A stretch of DNA of 64,000 nt from an uncultured bacterium (lineage in GTDB: Bacteria; Eisenbacteria; RBG-16-71-46). Shown piece by piece: positions 17,965 to 26,310 of this stretch (positions within the stretch are counted from its first letter, which is position 1; each line of letters starts with the position of its first letter). The stretch spans positions 15,465 to 79,464 of the forward strand of contig CAZZLY010000004.1 of the NCBI GenBank assembly GCA_964655175.1, read 5' to 3'. The translations under genes were made by a program, and so were the position numbers. Under the pieces are notes generated by a model that made no database searches, was not told the DNA's origin, and saw only the letters and a program-made list of their open reading frames with translations.

Positions 17965-20261
17965 ACCGCCTGCGCGGACTCCTGCTCGGGATCGTGCTCG
18001 GCCTCGCGGTCGCGCCCGCCGTGCGCGCCCAGGGCCAGTGGTCCACCTATCTGCACATGGCCTCGTGCAACGACCTGCTGCCGCTGCGCGACACGGTCTG
18101 GGTCGCCACCGGCGAGGCGGGCCTGCTGCGCTACGTGCGCAGTCAGGACGCGTGGAGCTCGATCACGCGCGAGCCGAGCGGGCTGGCGAACAACAACGTC
18201 ACCGCGATCCGCTTCGATCGCAGCGGCAACCTGTTCTGCGCCGTGCCGGGCAAGGGCGTGAGCCGCCTCGACACCGACGGGCGCTGGTCGCTGCTCAACG
18301 CCTTCGACGGTCTGCCCTCCGACACCGTGCTCACCATGCGAGCGCAGGGCGACTCCATGTGGATCGGCACGACGCGCGGGCTCGCGCTGTGGGACGGCAA
18401 CACGGTCGCGGGTTCGATCCCCGACCTCGGCACGCCGTCGCCGTTCGTGGACGACCACATCAACGGCTTCGCGATCGTCGGCGACAGCGTGTTCGTGAGC
18501 TCGCCGGTGGCCGTCTACCTGGGGCTCTTGTCGCAGCGGCTCGCCAACTGGAAGCGGTTCGACACCGGGCTGCCGATCGGCGCGGCGCGCAACATCCGCG
18601 GCCTGGCGACCGACGGGCACGACGTGCTGGCGTTGGCGAGCGGGTTCAATCCGCAGAACCCCGTGCAGGGCGTGTACACCAGCTTCCGCTGGTTCAAGCG
18701 CGACTCGGTCTGGATCAGCGACTTCCCGTCGTTCTCGAGCGTCCGGCGGTTGCGCGACGACTTCGGCATCGTGCTCGCGACGACCGCGGGCGGCGGCGTG
18801 TTCCGGCATCGCAACGGCGGCGGCTGGGACGCGGTCGCCAACTCGCCCAGCACCGACAACGCCGATCTCGCCCTGCTCGACGTGGCGGCCGATCCCGACG
18901 GCAAGGTGTTCGCCTCCACGGGCGGCGTGCTCCTGGAGGAAGCGCCGAGCGTGTGGACCGTGCGCACCCCGCCCGGCCCCGTGGCCAACAACAGCCGCAA
19001 CGTGCTGTGGGCGAACGGTTCGGTGTACGTCTCGTACGCGGGCGAGGGCGTGAGTCGTCTGCGCGCCGGCCAGTGGCGCAACTACCGCGCTTCCGTGGGC
19101 TGCGTCGGGGCGGGCTGTGACACCACGTTCGAGAACGTCGCGTTCCCCGCCGGCATGGGACTCGATCCGCTGGGACGCAAGTGGGTGAGCAACTGGTCGG
19201 GCCCGCTCACGCGCATCGACGACGAGGTCTCGCCGCCGAGCTTCGGGAACTTCACGTGGGCCGCGTCGTCCGACCCCTCGCTGCAGCATCTGCACTCGTG
19301 CATCCACGCCATCGCCGCCGACGGTCGCGACGGGGCGGCCTCGGGCATGTGGATGGGCCTCGACTCGGACATCATCGGGTGCAGCGGCTGTTCGACGGGC
19401 GACCCGCAGGGCATCGACCTGTACGACCTCGCGGGCAACTTCATCCGCAACTACGGGCTCACCTATCCGGGGATCAAGAACGGCCTCGTGCGCGGGCTCG
19501 AGTACGACGCGCGCACCGGCCGCATGTGGGTGGGCTACAAGCAGAGCGGTCTCTCGACCTTCCTCGTCGAGGGCGCGCTCGGCAGCGACATCGCGCTCGA
19601 CGACGTGACCGCCGCGGGCGACCTCGACGTGTTCGGTGTCGCCCTGCACGGCGACTCGCTGTGGGTGCTCGCGTCCGAGGGTCTGCGTCGCTTCCGCGCG
19701 TCGAGCCAGTCGCTCGCGGCCTCGTTCACGATCGCCGCGCCGCCCGTGCTCGCGGGCATGCACCCGATCGACACCGCGCCCGACGGCAGTGTGTACGTGG
19801 GCACCGAGGGCGGGCTGCGCGTGTACCGTCGCGGCCAGGCGCCCGTGGACTACACGCCCGACAACTCGCCGCTCGCGGACCTCTCGGTGCGCGCGGTGCG
19901 CGTGGACCCCACCGGCGTCGTGTGGATCGCGACCGCGGGCGGCGTGAACCGCTTCGACCCCAGCTACGTCCCGCCGGCGCCGCCGCGGCTCACGTCGCTC
20001 GCGATCGACCTGTATCCGAACCCGGTCTGGCGCACGGGCGCGGGCTTCACGCTGCGGCTCAAGGGCGGCGGCACGACGTACGGGGGTGAGATCCTCGATC
20101 TGACCGGCCGGGTCGTGCATCGCTTCGCCGCCGACGGCAACGGTCGCGTGATGTGGGACGGCCGCGACGCGGACGGTCGCGGCGTCGAGCCCGGCGTGTA
20201 CTTCGTGCGCGCGCGCAGCGGTGGCGCCGAGGCGACCGCGCGCGTGGTCGTGCTGCGGTAG
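17961..20261 (+). CDS. Secreted beta-propeller (two-component-regulator-propeller-like repeat) protein with T9SS-type C-terminal sorting domain
   Basis: Signal peptide MNRLRGLLLGIVLGLAVAPAVRA|QG. Repeated Reg_prop-like blades (LLRYVRSQDAW, MWIGTTRGLALWDG). The C-terminal roughly 85 aa begin LYPNP and end VYFVRARSGGAEATARVVVLR, matching the T9SS C-terminal domain / FlgD-Ig-like pattern. Confidence 0.7.
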   Translation: MNRLRGLLLGIVLGLAVAPAVRAQGQWSTYLHMASCNDLLPLRDTVWVATGEAGLLRYVRSQDAWSSITREPSGLANNNVTAIRFDRSGNLFCAVPGKGVSRLDTDGRWSLLNAFDGLPSDTVLTMRAQGDSMWIGTTRGLALWDGNTVAGSIPDLGTPSPFVDDHINGFAIVGDSVFVSSPVAVYLGLLSQRLANWKRFDTGLPIGAARNIRGLATDGHDVLALASGFNPQNPVQGVYTSFRWFKRDSVWISDFPSFSSVRRLRDDFGIVLATTAGGGVFRHRNGGGWDAVANSPSTDNADLALLDVAADPDGKVFASTGGVLLEEAPSVWTVRTPPGPVANNSRNVLWANGSVYVSYAGEGVSRLRAGQWRNYRASVGCVGAGCDTTFENVAFPAGMGLDPLGRKWVSNWSGPLTRIDDEVSPPSFGNFTWAASSDPSLQHLHSCIHAIAADGRDGAASGMWMGLDSDIIGCSGCSTGDPQGIDLYDLAGNFIRNYGLTYPGIKNGLVRGLEYDARTGRMWVGYKQSGLSTFLVEGALGSDIALDDVTAAGDLDVFGVALHGDSLWVLASEGLRRFRASSQSLAASFTIAAPPVLAGMHPIDTAPDGSVYVGTEGGLRVYRRGQAPVDYTPDNSPLADLSVRAVRVDPTGVVWIATAGGVNRFDPSYVPPAPPRLTSLAIDLYPNPVWRTGAGFTLRLKGGGTTYGGEILDLTGRVVHRFAADGNGRVMWDGRDADGRGVEPGVYFVRARSGGAEATARVVVLR

Positions 20262-20279
20262 GGCGGTGCGGGGCCACCG

Positions 20280-21299
20280 GTGATCCCCCCGAACGCGGCG
20301 ATCCTCGACCGCGTCCCCGAAGGTTGGGACGCGTTGCTGGCGAGCGACCCCGGCGCCACGCCGGCGCATCGACCGGCGCTGTGGGAGGCGTTCGCGAGCG
20401 CGCTGCCCGGTGTGGCGTGGCGCGTGATCGCGGTGCACGAGGGCGGACGGCTCGCGGGGGGCGCGGCCGTCATGCGCACGCAGCGCGGTCCGTGGCGGGA
20501 GCTGCACGCGCTACCGTGGATGCTGCCCGGTGCGCCGCTCGCCACGCCCGGGACGCACGCGCGCGTGGACCGCGCGGTCGCGCACGGCATCGCCGGACTC
20601 GCGCGTGAGTGGCGCGTGTGCGGCGGGACGTGGTCGCTCTATCGTGCGGACGGTCCCGTGACCGACGAGACGACGCTCGCGCACGTCGCGGGACGCACCC
20701 GGCACGTCGAGACGGCGGTGCTGCCGCTCGGTGCGGGCCTCGAGACGCTGCGCGCCGGGATCGCGCGCAAGCAGCGTCAGGCGCTCGATCAGGCGCTCGC
20801 GCGACCGTTCACGTTCGCCGAGGAGCCCGCCGCGCTCGACGAGGCGTACGCCCTGCATCTCGCGCAGTCGCGCGGTTGGGGACACCATCGGCCGCTGCCG
20901 CTCGAGTTGTCGCGACGACTGCTCGCGGCGCGCGACGCGCACGGTCCCGTCGCGCGGCTGTACACGCTGCGCACCGCGGCGGGGCTGGCCACCGCGACGC
21001 TCGTGCTCGAGGGCGCGCACGAGACGTTCCTGTGGTGGGCGGGCACGCACGTGAGCGCGCGGCGTTCAGGGGCGTTCCTGCGGCTCGTGTGGGAGATCGC
21101 GCGCGTGGCCGAGTCGCAGGGTCGTCGGCGCGTCAATCTGGGCGCCAGTCTCGACCTGCCGTGGGTCGCCGCGTTCAAGCAGTCCCTGGGGGCCGAGGTC
21201 GTGACGCATCCGGTGCGCGTGCTCGACGGTGCGACCGCCCCGTGGCCGCTGCGCGCGTGGGCGGTGCGGCGCGCGGCGCGCATGCTGGGGTCGGCATGA
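20280..21299 (+). CDS. FemAB/GNAT-superfamily (BioF2/CelD-like) acyltransferase
   Basis: Acetyltransf_6-like C-terminal region (LYTLRTAAGLATATLVLEGAHETFLWWAG). GTG start. Weak assignment. Confidence 0.5.
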   Translation: MIPPNAAILDRVPEGWDALLASDPGATPAHRPALWEAFASALPGVAWRVIAVHEGGRLAGGAAVMRTQRGPWRELHALPWMLPGAPLATPGTHARVDRAVAHGIAGLAREWRVCGGTWSLYRADGPVTDETTLAHVAGRTRHVETAVLPLGAGLETLRAGIARKQRQALDQALARPFTFAEEPAALDEAYALHLAQSRGWGHHRPLPLELSRRLLAARDAHGPVARLYTLRTAAGLATATLVLEGAHETFLWWAGTHVSARRSGAFLRLVWEIARVAESQGRRRVNLGASLDLPWVAAFKQSLGAEVVTHPVRVLDGATAPWPLRAWAVRRAARMLGSA

Positions 21300-22375
21300 G
21301 GATCGCCACGCTCGGCAACGCGTCGGTGGGACACACCGTGAACTGGGTGTCGTGGTTCCGTGCGCAGGGTCACGAGGTGCGGCTGTTCTCGCTCGAGCCC
21401 GCGCCCGCGGGATTCCCCGACGTCACCCCGCTGCCCGCCGCCTCGCTGCCGGGCGTGCTGCGCTATCCGCTCGCGGTGCCCCGGTTGCGGCGGGAACTCG
21501 CCGCGTTCGCGCCCGACCTCGTGGATGCGCACTACGTGCCCAACTACGGGTTCATGGCCGCGCTCGCGGGCCGCCATCCGCTGTCGATCGCCGCGTGGGG
21601 GAGCGATCTGCTGCTCGCCGCGCACGCGGGCCCGTTGCAGCGCGCCCGTGCGGCGTTCGCGCTCGAGCGTGCCGACCTGGTGATCTGCGACGCCGACAAC
21701 CTGGCGGCCGCCGCACGCCGCGTGGGTGCGCGCGCCGACACGGTGCTCGCCTGTCCGTGGGGCATCGACCGGGCGCGCTTCGTCCCGGCCGCCACGCGCA
21801 CCCCGGGACTGATCGTCTCGACGCGCATGCACGAGGACGTCTACGACCTGCCCACGGTGATCGAGGCGGTCGGCCGCGTGCTCGGTGAGCGACCGCACGC
21901 GACGTTCGTCGCGGTGGGCGACGGTTCGCGTCGTGCGGCCCTCGAACGCCTCGCCGCGGAGCGACTGCCCGCGGGGCGCTGGCGCTTCACGGGCCGGATC
22001 GCGCCCGCCGAGATGGCGGCGCTGCTCGCGCGCGCCGAGGTCGCGATCTCGGCGTCGCGTTCGGATTCCACGTCGCAGTCGCTGCTCGAGAGCATGGCGT
22101 GCGGCGCGGTGCCGGTGGTGAGCGACCTCGAGGGGAACCGCGAGTGGGTCGCCGACGGCGACGGCGCGCGACTGTTCGCGGTGGGCGATGGCGCCGGCGC
22201 GGCGAACGCGCTACGCCAGGTGCTCGACGATGCGGCGTGGGCCGCCACCGCCCGCACGCGCAACGCGGCGGTGGTCGCCGCGCGCGGCGACGCGGGCCGC
22301 AACATGGCGCGCATCGCCGAGGCGTTCGCGCGACTCGTCGCGGACCACGGCCGCCGCGGGGGGCGCACCGCATGA
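21296..22375 (+). CDS. GT4 glycosyltransferase
   Basis: GT-B fold. C-terminal ...SRSDSTSQSLLESMACGAVPVVSDLEGNREWV (E-x7-E region). Confidence 0.8.
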   Translation: MRIATLGNASVGHTVNWVSWFRAQGHEVRLFSLEPAPAGFPDVTPLPAASLPGVLRYPLAVPRLRRELAAFAPDLVDAHYVPNYGFMAALAGRHPLSIAAWGSDLLLAAHAGPLQRARAAFALERADLVICDADNLAAAARRVGARADTVLACPWGIDRARFVPAATRTPGLIVSTRMHEDVYDLPTVIEAVGRVLGERPHATFVAVGDGSRRAALERLAAERLPAGRWRFTGRIAPAEMAALLARAEVAISASRSDSTSQSLLESMACGAVPVVSDLEGNREWVADGDGARLFAVGDGAGAANALRQVLDDAAWAATARTRNAAVVAARGDAGRNMARIAEAFARLVADHGRRGGRTA

Positions 22376-23661
22376 AGCGCCTGCTCGTGATGAGCTACTT
22401 CTATCCGCCGCTCGCGGGCGGCGGCGTGCATCGCGTGCTGGCGTTCACGGATCATCTGCGCGCGCACGGTTGGGCGTGCACCGTGATCTGCGCCGGCGAG
22501 CACGACTACTGGGTGCGCGACCCCTCGCTGTCGGCGCGCGTGCCCGCCGAGACCGAGGTGGTCCGCGTGAGCGGGGGCAGCGCGCTCGCGACGCTGCTGC
22601 GCAGCGGTCGTGCGGCGCGCACCGATGGACGTCGCTCGAGCGCGGGCTTCGCGCTGCTGCGTCCGCTCTCGGAGTGGTTCCTGCTGCCCGATTCGTACGT
22701 GGGCTGGTCGCACCGCGCGGCGCGTGCGGCGGCCGCTCGCGTGGCCCATGGCGACGTCGATGCGATCCTGAGTTCGTCGCCGCCCGACAGCGTGCATCTG
22801 GCCGCGGGCCGGGTGGCGCGCGCGAGCGGGCTGCCGTGGGTCGCCGACTTCCGCGATCCGTGGATCGGGCTCAACTTCAAGCGTCCGCCCACGCCGTGGC
22901 ACGCCGCACGTCAGCGTGCGCTGGAGTCGCGCGTGACCGGCGGGGCGGACCTGGTGCTCGCGGCCTCGCGCACGCACCACGACGAACTCGTCGCGCGGGT
23001 CGAGGGCCGCCCGCGACAGGTGCTGCACCTGCCCAACGGCTTCGAGCCCGCGCCCGAGGCGGCGAGCGAGGCGATGCCGTCGACGCACTTCACCGTGGTG
23101 TTCACCGGGACGTTGTCGGGCATGCGCGACGCGGGCACGCTGCTCGACGCGGTCGACCGCGTCGTGCGCGGGACGCCCGAGGCGCGCGGTCGGCTGCGCG
23201 TCGTGCTCGCCGGACCGCTCGACGATGAATGGCCGAAGCGCGCGCACGCGCTCGGGCTCGACGACGTCGTGCACTGGCCGGGCCCGTTGCCGCACGCCGC
23301 GACGCGGGCGCTGCAGCGTTCCGCCGACGTGCTGCTGCTGTGGAAGCCGCAGGGGGAGGGATTCCGAACCATGGTGCCGGGCAAGACCTACGAGTATCTC
23401 GATAGCGGCCGGCCGGTGGTCGCACTGCTGCCCGCCGGCGACGAGGCGGCCGGGCTCGTCGAACGCGCCGGTGGCACGCGGCTCGAGCCCGGGGACGCCG
23501 CGTCGCTCGCGCGCGAACTGGGGGCACGGTTCCAGCGTTGGCGCGACGGCGAGCGCATCGCCGCCGCGCGGCCCGCGTGGCTCGACGAGCATCGTCGCGA
23601 TCGGCTCGCGGCACGTCTGGCGGAATCACTCGCGGCGCTGCCGTCGCGGGGGCGCGCATGA
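22372..23661 (+). CDS. GT4 glycosyltransferase
   Basis: N-terminal MSYFYPPLAGGGVHR (GT4 N-terminal signature) and C-terminal ...PGKTYEYLDSGRPVV. Confidence 0.75.
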   Translation: MKRLLVMSYFYPPLAGGGVHRVLAFTDHLRAHGWACTVICAGEHDYWVRDPSLSARVPAETEVVRVSGGSALATLLRSGRAARTDGRRSSAGFALLRPLSEWFLLPDSYVGWSHRAARAAAARVAHGDVDAILSSSPPDSVHLAAGRVARASGLPWVADFRDPWIGLNFKRPPTPWHAARQRALESRVTGGADLVLAASRTHHDELVARVEGRPRQVLHLPNGFEPAPEAASEAMPSTHFTVVFTGTLSGMRDAGTLLDAVDRVVRGTPEARGRLRVVLAGPLDDEWPKRAHALGLDDVVHWPGPLPHAATRALQRSADVLLLWKPQGEGFRTMVPGKTYEYLDSGRPVVALLPAGDEAAGLVERAGGTRLEPGDAASLARELGARFQRWRDGERIAAARPAWLDEHRRDRLAARLAESLAALPSRGRA

Positions 23662-25178
23662 CCGGGACGCGACTCGAGCGCGCGGCGTGGCTCGTCGCGC
23701 TGCTGTTGTGCGCGGGGCTCGCGTGGCCGCTGCGCGACTACGTCACCGACGACACGTTCATCCATCTGCAGTACGCGAAGCATCTGGCGGCCGGGCAGGG
23801 CTTCGTGTTCAACCCGGGCGAGCCCGTCTACGGCAGCACCAGTCCGCTCTGGGTCATGGCGCTCGCGACCGGCATGGCCATGGGGATCGAGGGCCTGCTC
23901 GTCTCCAAACTGCTCGGTGCGCTCGCCACGCTGGCGGCGCTGTTCCTGTGGTGGCGACTCGCGCAGCAGACGATCGCCGACGCGCGCCTGCGCGCACTGT
24001 CGCTGGTGGTCTGGGCCGCGCACGCGTGGATGTCGCGCTGGTCGCTCTCGGGCATGGAGACGCCGCTCGCGGTCGCGCTCGTGCTGGGCGGTTGGGTGGC
24101 GTACACCGCCACCGAGCGTTGGGGCGAACGGCCGCACGCGGCGGCACTGCTGTGGGCGCTCGCGGCGCTCACCCGGCCCGAGTGCACGCTGCTGCTCGTG
24201 CTGTGGGCGGGGCTGCTCGTCGTGCAGCACGGGCCGCTCGAGGGCGCGCGCCGTGCGCTGCGCGGATTGTGGCCGGCCATGCTCGTCGAGGGCGCGTGGC
24301 TCGCGTTCGCACGGGTGTACTTCGGATCGTTCTGGCCCAACACGCTGGCGGCGAAGGCGGCCGGTGGGGTGGGGCTGGCGTACCACCTCGAGCAGTGGCT
24401 GCGGCAGGGCGCGATCGTCGGGGCGACCGATGCGACGCTGCTGCTCGTGCTCGTCGTGTCGGGGGTCGTGCTCGTGCGACGCGGCGGGCCTCGCACGGCC
24501 ACGCCGTGGACGCACGCGTTGCCGTGGGCCTGGCTCGTGCTCGTGCCCGTGCTGTATTCGCTGCGCGGGGTGCCGGTGCTGTCGCGCTATCTCGTGCCGC
24601 TGCTGCCGGTGCTGGCGTGGCTCGGGTGGTGCTCGCTCGACCGCGCGCTCGTCGGCGCGCGCGCGCGTACGGTCGTCACGATCGCCGGGTTCGTCACGGT
24701 GATCGCGGTGGCGCAGAACGTCGTCGCGTGGCAGCGCCTCGTGCGACCGCAGGTGACGTCGTTCAGCGCGGGCATGCGCGCGAGCCTCATCCCGTGGGGC
24801 CACTGGTTCGAGCGTCACGCCGCACCCGATGCGATGATCGCCGCGCCCGACATCGGTGCGCTCGGTTACTACGGGCAGCGGCGCGTGCTCGACCTGGCGG
24901 GGCTCGTCACGCCCGCGATGGTGCCGGTGCTCGAGCGCATGCCGCAGGAGGACGCGACCGCGCGCTTCGCGTTCGAGTCGTTCGCGCGACCCGAGTTCCT
25001 GGTCGATCGCGCGCCGCGCGCGTGGGATCTGCTCGAGCGCAGTCCGTGGCGTGCGGCGCTCGTGCCCATCGGGCAGGCGTCGCTGCCCAATCTGGGCGTG
25101 GCGCGCCCGGATTCCGCGGTCTATTCGTTCTATCGCATCGATTGGGCGCAGTACGATTCGCTCGCGATGCAGCGCTGA
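23658..25178 (+). CDS. Polytopic GT-C-like membrane glycosyltransferase (ArnT/PMT_2/arabinosyltransferase-like)
   Basis: About 11 TM helices. First-loop acidic motif YVTDDTFIH. C-terminal extracytoplasmic domain. Last gene of the co-directional cluster. Confidence 0.6.
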   Translation: MTGTRLERAAWLVALLLCAGLAWPLRDYVTDDTFIHLQYAKHLAAGQGFVFNPGEPVYGSTSPLWVMALATGMAMGIEGLLVSKLLGALATLAALFLWWRLAQQTIADARLRALSLVVWAAHAWMSRWSLSGMETPLAVALVLGGWVAYTATERWGERPHAAALLWALAALTRPECTLLLVLWAGLLVVQHGPLEGARRALRGLWPAMLVEGAWLAFARVYFGSFWPNTLAAKAAGGVGLAYHLEQWLRQGAIVGATDATLLLVLVVSGVVLVRRGGPRTATPWTHALPWAWLVLVPVLYSLRGVPVLSRYLVPLLPVLAWLGWCSLDRALVGARARTVVTIAGFVTVIAVAQNVVAWQRLVRPQVTSFSAGMRASLIPWGHWFERHAAPDAMIAAPDIGALGYYGQRRVLDLAGLVTPAMVPVLERMPQEDATARFAFESFARPEFLVDRAPRAWDLLERSPWRAALVPIGQASLPNLGVARPDSAVYSFYRIDWAQYDSLAMQR

Positions 25179-25299
25179 CGCGCATGCGGGAGAGGGGCCG
25201 TGCGGGAGTGCACCGCACGGCGCGCACGCCGGGAGCCCACCGGTGACGCGACTGCACGGGCGTGCAGTGCGTCCTTCGTCGCCCCGATGATCTTTTGCT

Positions 25300-25328
25300 T
25301 TGACGCCTCGCCGGGCTTGGCTTATGTT
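25300..25328 (+). promoter_or_regulatory. Sigma70-type promoter of the dcw operon (TTGACG-N17-TATGTT)
   Basis: -35 TTGACG at 25300..25305, a 17 nt spacer, -10 TATGTT at 25323..25328. It sits 75 nt upstream of the mraZ ATG in the only sizeable intergenic gap (225 nt) before the dcw cluster. Confidence 0.5.
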
Positions 25329-25336
25329 GCGCCCTC

Positions 25337-25382
25337 GTGGGGAGCAGTGGGGAAAATTGGTAGCAGAGGGGAAGCAGTGGTT
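25337..25382 (+). promoter_or_regulatory. MraZ-box array: five GTGG(G/T)-type direct repeats with exact 10 bp phasing
   Basis: GTGGGG 25337, GTGGGG 25347, TTGGTA 25357, AGGGGA 25367, GTGGTT 25377. MraZ proteins are known to bind phased GTGGG direct repeats in their own promoter regions. Confidence 0.5.
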
Positions 25383-25402
25383 CCCCATGGAGTGACCCTT
25401 CG

Positions 25403-25852
25403 ATGGCGACGTTTCTCGGCACCGAGAACTACTCGATCGACGACAAGAACCGTCTTGTCGTGCCGGCGGGTATGCGTCGCGTCACCGGTCACAAGGAGCC
25501 CCTCAAGGATTTCGTGCTGATGCGGGGACTCGACGGCTGCATCTGGTTGTACGCCGAAGAGGATTGGAAGCGCCTCGAGGAACTGCTTCAGCGGTTGTCG
25601 ACGGGGAACAAGGACCAGCGCATGTTCGCGAGGACGGCGTTGGTCGGTGCGAACAAGGTGACGGTGGATAAGCAGGGACGCATCACGATCACACCGTCAC
25701 TGATGGACCATGCAGGTCTCCGCAAGGATGCGGTTCTGCATGGTCAGGTCGGACGCATCGAGCTGTGGTCGCCGGAACGGTTCCAGCAGGCGCTGGTCGG
25801 CGACGCGGCGGACTTCGATGCACTGGGCGAGAAGGTCCTGGGAGGCGAATGA
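25403..25852 (+). CDS. mraZ: Transcriptional regulator MraZ
   Basis: Duplicated MraZ/AbrB-like halves with DxxxR motifs (SIDDKNRLVVPAGMRR and TVDKQGRITI). Confidence 0.9.
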   Translation: MATFLGTENYSIDDKNRLVVPAGMRRVTGHKEPLKDFVLMRGLDGCIWLYAEEDWKRLEELLQRLSTGNKDQRMFARTALVGANKVTVDKQGRITITPSLMDHAGLRKDAVLHGQVGRIELWSPERFQQALVGDAADFDALGEKVLGGE

Positions 25853-26310
25853 TGATCGCGCAGACGCTGCCCCGCGATCCGCGGACGTCGGTGGCCATGA
25901 ACCTGCAGCTCACGCGGGGCCGTCACGGCGCCGCGGCGAGGCTGGAGGTGCACGAGCGCCCCGTCGGTCGCGTGGGCCTGCTCGCACTGCGCGGTTGGGT
26001 GGACCTGTCGGCGGCGCAGGGGATCGAGCGCGTGCTCGACGACCTCGCGGTGCGCGGCGTGTCGCGCCTCGTGGTGGACTGCTCGCAGTTGCTGCACGTG
26101 GACTACCGGCTCGTGCCGCGGCTCGCCGAGGCGCTGACGCGCTTCGAGGCGCGCACCGGCGTGGTCGTCATGTGCGGTCTGTCGCGCTACCTGCGCGACC
26201 TGTTCCGGATCGCGGGTTGCGAGTCGCGCCTGTGCTGCTGGCCGAACGCCTCGGACCTGCTGGAGGCCGCTCCCGCGGCCGCGGACTTCGGGTGTGAGCG
26301 CGCGTCATGA
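25849..26310 (+). CDS. STAS-domain protein (anti-sigma-factor-antagonist fold) inserted between mraZ and rsmH
   Basis: ATG overlaps the mraZ stop (ATGA) and the 3' end overlaps the rsmH start by 17 nt. STAS-like pattern ...RVGLLALRGWVDLSAAQGIERVLDDLAVRGVSRLVVDCSQLLHVDYRLVPRLAEALTRFEARTGVVVMCGLSRYLRDLFRIAGCE. The canonical phosphorylatable Ser of the SpoIIAA DSSG motif is replaced (VDYRL). The ORF exactly fills the 440 nt mraZ-rsmH gap. Confidence 0.6.
   Translation: MMIAQTLPRDPRTSVAMNLQLTRGRHGAAARLEVHERPVGRVGLLALRGWVDLSAAQGIERVLDDLAVRGVSRLVVDCSQLLHVDYRLVPRLAEALTRFEARTGVVVMCGLSRYLRDLFRIAGCESRLCCWPNASDLLEAAPAAADFGCERAS

Noticed and set aside
20609-22375. 588 aa + ORF suggesting a much longer GT4 protein
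   Set aside because: The N-terminal 230 aa are in-frame read-through of the 3' part of the preceding gene region with junk composition. The GT4 fold begins at the ATG at 21296, which forms an ATGA overlap with the FemAB-like gene stop.
25710-26297. Alternative 195 aa + strand ORF in another frame across the mraZ-rsmH gap
   Set aside because: Its translation is Arg/Ala/Gly-rich with no fold signature. The 25765 frame (with start at 25849) gives a recognisable STAS pattern and an ATGA junction with mraZ.
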